The translations under genes and the position numbers were made by a program. 64,000 nucleotides of DNA from Dendrobates tinctorius (Eukaryota), in assembly GCF_039654945.1 (NCBI RefSeq), contig NW_027362071.1:620001-684000 (forward strand), in the 5' to 3' direction. This document shows positions 49,704 to 61,962 of the stretch, piece by piece. The notes beneath the pieces were generated by a model. That model was not told the origin of the DNA. It was given only the letters and a program-made list of their open reading frames with translations, and ran no database searches. The first letter of the stretch is position 1; each line of letters opens with the position of its first letter.

Positions 49704-51893
49704 AACCTCCTGCTGATAAAACACTGATTGTAGTGAAGCTACAGTAATCCAATAAGTGATAGATCACTGTAATCAGGCTCTATGCCACTACATCACGCTG
49801 CTATCAGATTAAATACCAAAAACCTGCTAACAGATTCTCTTTAACCCTTCATCAGAAACTACACTATTGTATCTGGTAGTTTGGTGCAATATATCAGTAT
49901 GGATACATACAGAGCATTCTCCAGGCTGGATACAGCTGTATCCACTTCTTCGTGACCGTACAGACTGAATCAAGTGAATTAAGCCAAGTATTGCCCATAC
50001 AGTGGGGTTGGGGGCCCAGATCTGCACAAGGGCCCACCGGGGGATTGCCCTGTTACCCTGTGGGCCAGTCCGAGCCTGTGTGTCCACACCTCAGCCCCGT
50101 GCTCGCTGTCTGCTCTGCGGTCAATTTGAGTATATATGTTTATTAGAGAAGTCATGGCGGAGGCTTTTACAGATGCTGGTCGTTAGACACTCTTGGGTCA
50201 CAATTAGAGTGGATCGGTTCATTAAAACCTGGGGAATGAGGAGGAGCCATAGACCCTGGAGAGCAGAGATCACTGCCTTTCTCTAGTTCACAGCCGGGAT
50301 CAGCCCCGTAGCCTTTATTGAATGACATGATTACCATGATGCCGGAGGAGGAAGCTGCTGGATTTATCTAGACCCCAATACAGACCTAGTACTGAAAACT
50401 GTCATTATAGCAGTAGTTATTGATGGAGCAGCCACAGTTAGGGCTCATTCAGACACATACGATTTTAGCGTACGAGCGCTATCCGTGATTTTCACAATTA
50501 GCAATCGTACCTGTGATAGTCTATGGGGCCAACTTGTTCCTTTGACCGAGAAGTCCACAGAAAATTGGGAGACATGTCAGATTTTGATCCAAGGGTCGGA
50601 TGAAAAAAAAAAATAAAATTAAAAAAAAAAAAAAAATTGAGAATTCAAGTCTATGGGTCCATGAAAAAAATCCAGTGACATCTCAGTGCGGTCCAATTTT
50701 CACGGACTGTCAGAATGGAGAAGGTGGAGTAAAATTTGTTTGTAAATGTCATCACATACAAGAAAATGGGATGACACTCGTATCACACAGTGATCAGAAT
50801 AATTGAACCATTTTTCTCGTACGTGAAAAAAAAATCATACATCTGAACGAGCCCTTATAGTGACATAGTCCAAAAAATGTTAGAAGGGTTATTCTCATAT
50901 TCGATCTTCGGGAGCACGCCGCTCCCCAGCCTCCTGGCTTCCTCCTTGCCTGGGACTGGTGATTGACAGCTCTATAGCAAAAAAAAGTTTGCAAATACCG
51001 CACTTCTCGCATAAAACACTGGCCACCACTGGAAGACAACAGAGGTGGCTGATAGCCTAGACAACAAGGAGTAAACTATAGAATTTAAATTCCCTCTGTT
51101 CTGGGACCGAGAGGATTTTTAATAAGTGGTAAATTACTTGTTTTTACAAACACTTTGCGATTTTACTCATTTAGTGTGAATAACCCTTTAGCATGTTTTA
51201 TTATTAGCATCTTTATTATTAGCGTTATTAGTCCTGTTTTTATTATTATATTTATTATTATTATTTTGCAGACAAAACAGAAACTTAGATGTAAATACAT
51301 GAAAATATTTGAAGAAGCCGAAAGGACCGGAGTTTAACGCGCTTTTTATGACGAGCAATGGACTAACGAAAGCTAAAGATTCATTTTATTTATTCTTAAC
51401 ATCAATAATAAAAAAAACAACAAAAAACACAATTTCTTAGTAGAATCATTGCTGCGTTAATCAGTTTTACTCATTTTGGACGTCTAAAGAGGGACACAAT
51501 TTGCTGCTGCGATTATCCTAAGTGTAATGGTGCAACAGGGTTCCTAAACAATGAAAATCAGTAACGGGGATCCCAATGTCGAAGTCGTTCTGCAACTTTA
51601 CGCACTTCTTGCAATTATTCCCTGGAAAGCTTAAAGAGTAATTTGCTATACAGCAAACAGCTTGCAAGAACACGCTCTTTGCCTAAGAAGCCAACCACCA
51701 AAGTGGCTGGTTACCTTGGCAATATTACAGTGGAGCAGGGAGCCATCAGATACATGTACCATCATGCAGTCTGCGTAGAGAATGAAGGCCAACAAGGATC
51801 TTTACACCACGTGATATTTACAGGTCACGGCACTAGGCGGCAGAGACTGTGGTGCAGGACGCACAGGCAAGGGGTGTTTGTTGGGGTAATATG

Positions 51894-52910
51894 CAGTGGG
51901 TATGGAAAGTATTCAGACCCCTTTAAAATTTGTCACTATTTCATTGCAGCCATTTGGTAAATTCAAAAAAGTTCATTTTTTTCTCATTAATGTACACTCT
52001 GCACCCCATCTTGACTGAAAAAAGAACAGAAATGTAGATTTATTTTGTAAATTTATTAAAAAAGAAAAACTGAAATATCACATGGTCATAAGTATTCAGA
52101 CCCTTTGCTCAGTATTCAGTAGAAGCTCCCTTTTGAGCTCGCACAGCCATGAGTCTTCTTGAGAATGATGAAACAAGTTTTTCACCCCTGGATTTGGGGA
52201 TCCTCTGCCATTCTTCCTTGCAGATCCTCTCCAGTTCCGTCAGGTTGGATGGTGAACGTTGGTGGACAGCCATTTTCAGGTCTCTCCAGAGATGCTCAAT
52301 TGGGTTTAGTTCAGGGCTCTGGCTGGGTCAGTCAAGAATGGTCACAGAGTTGTTCTGAAGCCACTCCTTTGTTATTTTAGCTGTGTGCTTAGGGTCATTG
52401 TCTTGTTGGAAGGTGAACCTTCAGCCAAGTCTGAGGTCCAGAGCTCTCTGGAAGAGGTTTTCATCCAGGATCTCTCTGTACTTGGCCACATTCGTGTTTC
52501 CTTCAATTACAACCAGTCGTCCTGTCCCTGCAGCTGAAAAACACCCCCATAGCATGATGCTGCCACCACCATGTTTCACTGTTGGGATTGTATTGGGCAG
52601 GTGATGGGCAGTGCCTGGTTTTCTCCACACATACTGCTTAGAATTATCACCAAAAGGTTCTATCTTCGCCTCATCAGACCAGAGAATCTTATTTCTCATA
52701 GTTTGGGAGCCCTTCATGTGTTTTTTTTTTTTAAGCAAACTCTATGTGGGCTTTCATATGTCTGGCACTGAGGAGAGGCTCTTCAGTCCAGATCCGGTGC
52801 AGAGTGTACATTAATGAGAAGAAAATGAACTTTTTTGAGTTTACCTAATGGCTGCAATGAAACAACTAGTGAAAAATTTAAAGGAGTCTGAATACTTTCC
52901 GTACCCACTG
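51894..52910 (-). mobile_element. Internally deleted Tc1-like DNA transposon
   Basis: TIRs CAGTGGGTAYGGAAAGTATTCAGAC; transposase remnants WSDE, TVKHGGGSIMLWGCF, FQQDNDPKH, SPELNPIEHLW. Confidence 0.92.
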
Positions 52911-53200
52911 TGCTGTGGGGACATCACTCTGAGTGTTGGAGATTGTACTGTGGGTCATCATACTGTGTGTGGGGAAATGTACTGTATGTGTGGGAGATTG
53001 TACTGTGAGGACATTATAATGTGTATGGGGAAAATGTTCTTTGGGGACATCACACTGTATGTGAGAATGTACTGTGGGGGCATCATACTGTGTGTGGGGG
53101 GGATTGTACTGTGGGGGCATCATACTGTGTGTGGGGGATATCCTGTGAAGGATTTATATTATGTGTGGGGGAATACACTGTAGGGACACCATACTGTGTG
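52911..53200. repeat. Degenerate minisatellite (tactgtgtgtgggg..)
   Basis: Seen directly. Confidence 0.75.
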
Positions 53201-53281
53201 GGAACACTAACAGGCTTTACTGGGATCAATATTTTGATGTGTTCATATATAAAGGACCCAGTGAGGTTAAGGCTTCTTTTA

Positions 53282-54204
53282 GGCTGTGTGCCCACAATGC
53301 GATTTTTAAGCGTTTTTGCCGCGATTTTCAGCGTGAAAATGCAGTGAAAACGTTTAAAAATTGTGTACACAACGCCCCCCATGCATTCCTATGGCATTCC
53401 GCACATGCTGTGCTGATGCTGCGCTTTTTTCCACGGTGGAATCGCATCGCGGAAAAAATCGCAGCATGCTCATTCTTTTGTGCGGAATCGCAAAGAATTG
53501 CCGCGATTCCGCACCCATAGGAATGCATGAGAATCGCTTACTTCCCGCATGTGGCTATGTCCACCATGCGGGAAGTTAAGCGTCTCATGTGCGGTTGGTA
53601 CCCACGGTGTGGAGGAGAGGAGACTGTCCTCCAGGCCCTGGGTACCAGACCCCTGTAAAAAAAAGAATAAAAAATAAAAAATCGTGATATATTTACCTTC
53701 CGACGTCCCGCGCTGCATTCCCGGCCTAGCGTTCCCAGTAATGCCTTGCGGCAAGGTCCTGTGATGACGTGGTCTCGCGTGACTCTAGTGGTCTCATGAG
53801 ATCACTATAGCAACGCGAGACCAACGTCATCACAGGTCTCGCAAGGCATCGCTGGGAACGCTGAGGCCCGGGAATGCAGCGCGGGACGTCGGAAGGTAAA
53901 TATACCCCGATTTTTTTATTTTTTTTATCATTTTTAACATTCTATCTTTTACTACTGATGCCGCATAGGCAGCCTCAGTAGTAAAAAGCTGGTCACACTT
54001 GTCAAACACTATGTTTGACGAGTGTGACCAACCTGTCAATCACTTTCCAAACGATGCTTCAAATCGCTTGGAAAGTGCTTGAGAAAATCGCGGCAAAATC
54101 GCAAACAGAATCGCGGTGAAATCGCGCAGAAAAAAACCGCTCGATTTCTGGGAAGGAGTCCGGTTTTCATTGTGCGTTTTAAAACGCTACGTGGGCACAT
54201 AGCC
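53282..54204. mobile_element. Non-autonomous PIF/Harbinger-like element with TTA TSD
   Basis: TTA-GGCTGTGTGCCCAC..GTGGGCACATAGCC-TTA; internal hairpin ~53660-53940. Confidence 0.8.
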
Positions 54205-54739
54205 TTACACTTGCTGTGTTTTTGCTGACCGTTTTTGCGGCCCCAATAGATTTCTATGGTGCCGCAAAAACGGTAGCTTGTTTTGGCGGTACGCCGTATA
54301 TTTTTCCCACCAATTTGTCAAAACAGGGAAAAATGGCGATCCGTCCATGAAGGATTTTTGCAGGAGACCGTGAAAATCACGGCAGTACGGACCGCAAAAA
54401 CAGGCAGCAAAAAACACGGGAAGTGTAAGAGAAGCCTAAGGAAGTGGCTTACTGTAAAATAAAAATTGCCACAGCATGGTATGTCCGCCACGTTATCAGT
54501 CCCGCTTTCTTCTTGCAAACTTTGGAGGGCTGTCCTGTGTGTTGACTACAAAGCAGCTCAACTATGAGGGGCCCCTTTTGTTCTGGAGTAAATTCAAGAG
54601 GCCAATATTTACAAATTTGTAAATAATAATGCAAAAATGTGCAAAAATTACCAAATCTGAGAAACCTGTTCTAAAGTAATATACATCTATTTCTCTCTCA
54701 AGCCGTAATAAATATATTTATTGATACTGTATCCACATA

Positions 54740-55105
54740 GTGGGCGCGCTGCTGAATATTACGCGCTATGTTCTCTCTCTCTATGACTTCCGCTACTTAC
54801 TCTCTTTGTCCACTAGATGGCGGAATACTAGTACAGTCTTTGGCTGTTGTGTTTAGGAACGTTAAGAATAATGTTTCAGTTCCCGGGAGGAAAAGTTACA
54901 CAGCGCACAGAAGAGAAGAGGATAAGCCCTTATTATGATGTCTCCACTTTAGGCGCCATTTTGGCTGAGGCGAATAATTACTCGTCAATGCGTTTTGGTC
55001 TTCTCAAATATGGCCGCCAACCTAAAGTATTGCTTGTACCGTCTTGTAGGGAAACACATGAGGTTACAGAGGCTTGTGGGGGTTCGTTGCTCTGGGAATA
55101 TGCCG
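54740..55105 (+). promoter_or_regulatory. RPP14: Candidate RPP14/HTD2 promoter and first exon (donor CCG|GTGAGT at 55106)
   Basis: ETS-like ACTTCCG ~54786; CTCF-like CCACTAGATGGCG 54810; YY1-like CGCCATTTT 54954; consensus donor. Confidence 0.6.
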
Positions 55106-57472
55106 GTGAGTGTTGTGTTACTCGTAGCTTCAGCTCTATAGAGGAGACTCCAATTACTTATTAATGTAAGTGGTCACTCAGGTGCTTGTGCTCCATTACT
55201 GCTGCTGTCTGAGGTGCTACTCCTAGTTAAAGGGGTTGTTCCAAGACCTCTGCCTGGTCCTAATGCCATACTGCGGCGTGTCAGTGTCATGGTGGTGGGG
55301 TCTTCTGCTCCGTGCCCCCCACTATGTGTCCAATAGAGAGCTGCACTGTTAGACATGCTGCGTCATGTGAATGGACTCCATTCCCTTTAAGAGCACAATC
55401 CCTTTAATATCTGTTATGGGCCCCGCACCGATCAGCTGTGATGACACAAAGATCCTATAAGGGCCGGACTGATCGTTTCCGGTTAATTTGAAGTCACTTT
55501 TTCTTTATCTTGTGGTTTTTCATTACTTTTTTTTTAGTCCAAATGTTTTAAAAAGCCACCGTCTGTTCGCGAGTCACGCGCAGAATCAGAAGGGCTTTTA
55601 TTTTTGTCTTTAACCTAAGTTTAAAGTTTCAAACGGACATAAAATCATTCCCGGGGGGGGGAAATACTTGGAGTACATTGTGGGGAAAAAAAAGTCGCAT
55701 TTGATGAATCGTCAGAAAACGTGGGAGATGAAAGCCTCGGCCGCAAAGACGGAAATAAGACGGGCGAGCACAAAGTTACTTTAAAGAAGGCGTAAATTAA
55801 TAGAAAAATGCCAAAACCTAAAGGCAAAAATGGATCGAGCCTATAGAGTACGAGCTGGGACGCCCACTGTGCACTTGCCGTTTTTGGTACTGCAGCTCAT
55901 ACTTTCTGATATTGATGACATGTGAGTGAGTGCGGGGGGCTCTAGGAAAGTTTAAAGGGAGTGTGGCAGATAAAACAAAACAAAAAAACACTATTTACTT
56001 GCATGTCTAATGGTACACCGCGCTTTATACATTCAACTGGATACAGGAAAAAATGATCACTTTTTTATTCGGTCGTCCATGACAGCACCACCTGAGAGAG
56101 GGGATCCGCCCTCCAGGAACAGGAAATCCTACAGATACATAAGGGCGGCACCTCTCCGCATCAGTTGGTTTCCCTACAGATCATGCCATCATGGATGAGG
56201 AATCCCCAGGCCGGCTGTCCGACTCAGGTAGCGGGGGGTCTCCTACCTCGGGCAGTGCGGAGTCCCCTGGAAGCGCCACGGTGACTTACACCGGGTTTCA
56301 CGTCAGTGTGCGGGGCAGGTGGGAGCAGGGCCCGGCGGATGCCCGTCTCCTGAGCCGGCGCCGGCGGGTAAGTATGGCCTCCCCCCCCCCGGATCCCGGT
56401 CCTTGTTCCGGCTGGTGCAGTCTCCCCTCGCCTGGATCGCGGTCGGGGGCGCGCGGCTGCGCCTCGGTGGCGTTGTGCGTCGGCGCCGCCATGGCACTGG
56501 TGGCCTGCGTGTCCTCATGCGTGCCCGGGCCGGAGGTGACGCAGGGGGGCGGGGCTGGTGGGAGACTCGTGCGAGACTTGTCCGAGTTTCTCGCATGAGT
56601 ATGAGCCCTTAAAGGGTAACCCCTAGTAGAGAGTATTTGGTAACCCCTAGTAGGGAGAACGGCTAATAATTAGGGCTCTTCCAGTCTGATGTTGGATCGC
56701 AATGCTCGGAGCGAGCGTGACCGCTTCATATACTTTTTTGCCACTGTCCCGATTGGGTCAGGAGATGTGCGCCAGCCCGTGACCGATTATCACAGACACC
56801 TGAAAGAGCCCTCATAGCGATATGTCACAAATCATTGGCGTAGTTCATTATCAAAGTGTTCATTGGAGCCCAGACCGAGGTCACCAAAGCAAAAACGCAC
56901 GTCGGAGGTGGTCATTCAGGAGCTCATTGGTCAGTAGCAGGGTGTGTGTTATAGATGTGCGGCACTTAGGGGACTTCCAGTTTTGGAAACCTCCTGTTCC
57001 CATAAACAGATTAATGCACCCCTCCAAAAAAAAAAAAATTAAAACCACCTTCGCCCTCACCATCCCCAGGTCCAGTGCTGAGTCCCATCGCCTCTGTCAT
57101 GTCAACAGCGCTGCAACCCAATAACTTAGCTGATCAGCTCATTATGTCATCTCGGGCAGAGCCGCTAAGATCACCGATTAGCTGCACCGCTGTCTATTAG
57201 ACATCAGCACTGCAGGCAATAACAGACACAAGGAGCAGCGGGGGAGACTCGGCATTGGACCTGGGGAGGGTGAGTAAAAGTAGTGTGATTTTTTTTTTTT
57301 TTTAAACAAAGGTTTTTTGAATCTGGAAGAATACCCCTTTAATGCTGCTTATATATTCTGCGTGCTCGATCCTTTACCTTTTATGGATGCATGTAATAAT
57401 CATGCTTGAACAGAAGATGTCACCCATATCCTTTCATCCTTTTCTTCTCTTCTTTAAGCTGAATGTATAAGC

Positions 57473-57564
57473 ATGGAAGATAGACCCAAACCTGCAGAAG
57501 CCACCACGTACCAGAGGATCGTGCAGAAGAACTTCTCCGAGTATCACTACTTGAAGACTCAGCT
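57473..57564 (+). CDS. RPP14: Ribonuclease P protein subunit p14, coding exon 1 (acceptor at 57459)
   Basis: MEDRPKPAEATTYQRIVQKNFSEYHYLKTQ(L); donor GTAAGT. Confidence 0.9.
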
Positions 57565-57632
57565 GTAAGTATCTATAAAGTCTACTACATGAACGGTGCC
57601 GCCGCGTATAACTGACTGTGTATTATCTACAG

Positions 57633-57717
57633 CGTCTTTCAAGACAAGACTCCCAAGATTTCTGCAGCTCAGTTCAAGTCATTGATTCTCTCGGCCTTGA
57701 AGGATTTGCACGGAGAG
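57633..57717 (+). CDS. RPP14: RPP14 coding exon 2
   Basis: VFQDKTPKISAAQFKSLILSALKDLHGE. Confidence 0.93.
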
Positions 57718-58529
57718 GTAATATATAAAAAACTATTATTTCTGACGAACTAGCATCAGTCTATAGAAAAAAAGGATTGGGCATGCTGAATTTCTACATG
57801 CCTCATCCTAAGTTCTCAGCTGTGTCTGGCAGCGGCTTATTCTTCTCTCTCCATTCAGACAATACAGGGCTTCAGGCTACGTTCACACTGAGTTTTTGAG
57901 GCGTTCGAAACTTGAGTTTTTCTAACAGAAACCTTTTCAATAAACGCCTTTTTTTCCTGATTTTTTTTTTTTTTTTTCCATTCCGTGAGCATTTGACGAA
58001 GCCCATTTATTGTGTTAAGATCCGCTCTAAAGACATGCCATACATTTAAAAAAAAAAAAAAAAAAATTCACCAGTTTTCTCAAAACTTTTTCAGGCAAAA
58101 AAATATAAAAAAAACTCCTCATATTAGCATCAGAGTGGATTTCGGATAGAAATGAATATCAAGAATTTTTCAACCATTTTTAGGTGGTTTTTAAGGGGGA
58201 TTTTAGAACGGATCCGCTTTAAAAAACAAAACTGTGTGAACACGCTCTTCTTTTCACACTGTACGGTCACTTGTATCCATGCATTATATAGGACATCCAG
58301 TTATTCCAGGAGGTAGTGAGATGGATTGTCCTCCTCCCACCCACACTACCCCCAAAAATATAAAAATGGGTTGCAAGCAAAAAATAGAAGGCGGTGACTA
58401 CAGTTTTTACAGGTGGGGCACAAAGATGCAAATGGAAACCCATTTTGACTGATACTTTTAAGAACCCGGATTATGATTGTTGTACACAGATAAAAAGATT
58501 AAAAATGCACATTGTGTCCTTGTTCTCAG

Positions 58530-58606
58530 GTGGGAGCTTCCTTCCCGTTGGACCTGTTAAAATTTGATGAAAAGACCCTGTGTGCCATACTGAGGATCAA
58601 GAGCAG
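58530..58606 (+). CDS. RPP14: RPP14 coding exon 3
   Basis: VGASFPLDLLKFDEKTLCAILRIKS. Confidence 0.93.
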
Positions 58607-58635
58607 GTAAATAGCTGTGGTCAATATGTAAAATC

Positions 58636-58946
58636 TAGTGATGAGTGAACGTGCTGGGATAAGGTGTTATCTGAGCATGCTCGGGTGCTAACTGAGTGTC
58701 TCCAGCGTGCTCGAATAATATGTTCTAGTCCCCGCAGCTGCATGTCTCACAGTTTTTCGACAGCCGTAACACATGAGGGAATGTCCTGTTTGTCAGACAA
58801 TCCCTGCATGTGTTGCAGCTGTCTAACAGCTGTGAGACATGCAGCCGCGGGGACTAGAACATATTATTCGAGCACGCCGGAGACACTCGATTAGCACCCG
58901 AGCATGCTCAGATAACACCTAATCCCAGCACGTACACTCATCACTA
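58636..58946. mobile_element. hAT-like MITE
   Basis: TAGTGATGAG..CTCATCACTA; 8-bp TSD gtaaaatc/gtaaaatg. Confidence 0.85.
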
Positions 58947-59529
58947 GTAAAATGTAATCGGTGTAAGTCAAACCGTAATTAGTTGATTTCCTGTCTGTAT
59001 ATGGAAGACGCTAATTATTTACATAGACGTCATAGAACAGAATTTTGGTTCACTGGTTATTTCCTTCCAAAATGCAAAATTAAGCATGGAGAGGAGAGGA
59101 AGTATCTCGGGGTGAGTGGAGAAAGCAGACTATAAACAAGGAGGAAAGCACAAGAAGCGGAAATTAGGGCAGGATAGAAGCTGTGCTGATATAAGAGCAG
59201 TGAAACCATCATCTCCCCAGGTACACACAGAGCTCACATCCAGCCTGTATTACTGGGAGAGGCGCTCCCACAAGAGAAACATCTGAATCTTGGATCAGTC
59301 ATAAAAATGAATACAGGAATGAATCTTGCAGACTTAAACTTAACACAATTTTATTATCTAAAAGGTAACGACTTACATGTGAAATTCATTTTCCGTGTTA
59401 AAGGTTTCTCTGGCCTTCAGTGTCCTACAATGCAGCTGTCCACACAGGCGTGTGTATAAAAGTTGTATTATAATCTGCATTTTGTATTTTTTTTAATCCG
59501 TATTTGTTGAATGTGATCTTTTCTTCCAG

Positions 59530-59608
59530 TGGCCTCGTGAAGCTGTGGACCTCTCTGACCCTGCTGGGACAATACCAGGGCCTGCAGTGCAGCGTTCGTG
59601 TGTTACAG
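59530..59608 (+). CDS. RPP14: RPP14 coding exon 4
   Basis: GLVKLWTSLTLLGQYQGLQCSVRVLQ. Confidence 0.93.
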
Positions 59609-60156
59609 GTAAATTCCCATGGAACGTGGATCTGGTGACCGTGTCTGCACCAGCGATGCATGACCGCGACAAACTGACACAGGGACGACTTGTTTTTGTA
59701 GTCTTGCTGCATAGCTGAGCAACGGCATCCGGCAGGCATTAAATAGCTTGTGTACACAGGCCGGCGCACACAGAGCAGCAATAAATCGCTCAGTGCCCAT
59801 AGGCTGTCATTGCTCTCGGTAGCACAGGTTCTATTTACACCTCCGAGAACCATTGACTTTTGTGTAGCACAAAAAGATCATTTCACCTGACAATTGAGCA
59901 TTTCGCGCCTTCGGCGCTGTGTGCAGCTCGTCTGCCTCGCGGCCGGTGGCAGGAGCAGCCTGCTATGGACACGCTCATGAGTCTGGGGGGTAAAACCTGC
60001 ACTCCATGCGTATGAAAGATGGTTCTTGTGCATCAGCTCAGGGGTCAATATTGTGTCTGTGGAGCACATAGACATCACAGTGACCGAACATTCGCTCCTC
60101 TGTGTGCCATTTTCTTTGTGGACCCGTTCACTAGATGGAGCAAGCTTGGTCTGTAA

Positions 60157-60573
60157 GGCTAGTTTCACACTAGCGCTTTTGAGCGCAGCGACGGCCTGCG
60201 CACGGCTGCCGCTAAGCCCCGCCTCCACCGGTAGCTCCGCCTACCGGCGCATGACGCTGCATGCGTCCCCTATCTTTATCACTGGGTGCGCAGTATGCGT
60301 TTGCGGCGCATGCGTCCTTTTGACGGTGCACCGACCTGCGCCAAACGCAACCTGCTGCAGTTTGGTTGCGCTCAGCACACCGTCAAAAAGGCGCAAGCGC
60401 CGCCAACCGCATACTGCGCACGGCCTGCGCCCCCAGTGATAAAGATAGGGGACGCATGCAGCGTCTTGCGCCGGTAGGCGGGGCTACCGGCGGAGGCGCG
60501 GCAGGGGGCGGGGCTTAGCGGCGGCCGTGCGCAGGCCGTCGCTGCGCTCAAAAGCACTAGTGTGAAACTAGCC
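60157..60573. mobile_element. GC-rich near-perfect foldback MITE
   Basis: GGCTAGTTTCACACTAG..CTAGTGTGAAACTAGCC; TAA/TTA flanks. Confidence 0.85.
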
Positions 60574-60839
60574 TTAATCAAACCAACCACGGACATATCT
60601 CCATTTTTTTTTTGCACACCAAAAGGCTTATTGACTAAAATGGGGACTCATACTGTCCGCCAAAGATAAAACACTGATGTGTGAACGGGGCCCAAGTGTG
60701 AACACATAGATAGTGACTAAATTGGAGCACAAGCCCAATCTACAGAGGATTCTACATAACGTGCGAACCCATACATGAAATAAGTCCTTGGTGACGACAC
60801 AGAGCAATAGACTAACCTCTTCTGTCCCTTCTCCATCAG

Positions 60840-60896
60840 ACATCACCTTTCCTGTTGGCGTTGGCCGGTAACAGCAGAGAACTAGTCCTGGACTAG
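60840..60896 (+). CDS. RPP14: RPP14 last coding exon (spliced CDS 390 nt = 129 aa)
   Basis: TSPFLLALAGNSRELVLD*; branch point ACTAAC at 60811 and polypyrimidine acceptor. Confidence 0.94.
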   Translation, partial: TSPFLLALAGNSRELVLD

Positions 60897-60908
60897 ACGT
60901 TCCTCACG

Positions 60909-61400
60909 ATGCTCCATCACTTGGTCACTGGTGGAAGATCTTTGGCCAGCTCCTCCAACCTTTCCGTGTTGAGCGGCTTCAGTAATCTCATCCGGAGGCT
61001 GTCGCACCTGCAGGTGGGAGACAGCGCCGAGATCTCCAGGACCTTCACTCAGAAGGACGTTAACCTCTTCTCGGAGCTGACGGGTGACACCAATCCCCTG
61101 CACCTCGATGAGGCTTTTGCTAAGAACACAAGGTTTGAAAAACCCGTGGTACATGGGGTGCTCCTCAACGGCCTGGTGTCCGCCGTGTTGGGCACGAAGC
61201 TGCCAGGGGACGGCTGTGTGCTCCTTTCCCAGGACATTCGCTTCCCGGCACCTCTCCACGCTGGGGAGGAAGTCTTAGCAAGAGCTCAAGTGAAGGCGCT
61301 AAAGAGATCACTGGCGTTCATCAGTGTATCTTGTGTAGCCGCTAATGGTGGCCGGACCGTCATGGAAGGGACGGTGAAAGTTCTAATTCCTGGCGACTGA
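60909..61400 (+). CDS. HTD2: Mitochondrial hydroxyacyl-thioester dehydratase type 2 (MaoC/hot-dog fold), second cistron in the RPP14 terminal exon
   Basis: 163-aa ORF with GDTNPLH and VHGVL hydratase motifs and a presequence-like N-terminus; starts 12 nt after the RPP14 stop. Confidence 0.95.
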   Translation: MLHHLVTGGRSLASSSNLSVLSGFSNLIRRLSHLQVGDSAEISRTFTQKDVNLFSELTGDTNPLHLDEAFAKNTRFEKPVVHGVLLNGLVSAVLGTKLPGDGCVLLSQDIRFPAPLHAGEEVLARAQVKALKRSLAFISVSCVAANGGRTVMEGTVKVLIPGD

Positions 61401-61962
61401 GCAGCTTTTCCAAGCGTATGAGACTTCGTATGATATTCTTTAATTTTAAGATTTTGATCGATGTCCTTGGTTGGCGCAGAATATCGGCGTCTAATATAAT
61501 AATCGTTTTGGTTATTTTTAATTGCGTAGTAAACAATTACTGTCGCAATTCCTGGTGGGAACGAGGGTTTTCAGACCTGACCTATATGGCTATACACTGC
61601 CATTATATTGGATCGTGAGGCTTGTGGCTGTAATACAGAGGAAAGAAATTACAGCCGCAGTAATGTAGTGGGAACCTTTCCCTTGCAGCTGCCGCATGGG
61701 GCAGAGTTCACACCAACATCTGACAGCCAATGGCCACCTGCTCAAGGGCACCCATCCATATGCGGCGGCATCAAAACTCAGCCTTACGCGCACAAATGGC
61801 AGGTTGAGCTGTGAGGATCAAGACACAACAGGAGACACAGAACCAGGGAGGGTAGACAAGCACAGGAGCCGAAGAGTCAGTAAGGGGAGAGCAGCAGCGT
61901 TTGGAGTGTGAACTAATACAGAAGAAAGTTTGGAATGCTTTCAGCAGATGAAGGGTTAACAA

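Noticed and set aside
59565-59569. UGGGA (TURBS-like) upstream of the RPP14 stop
   Set aside because: Five-base match explained by Leu-Gly codons; no supporting stem identified
60026-60617. Mirror ORFs on both strands
   Set aside because: Artefact of the palindromic MITE
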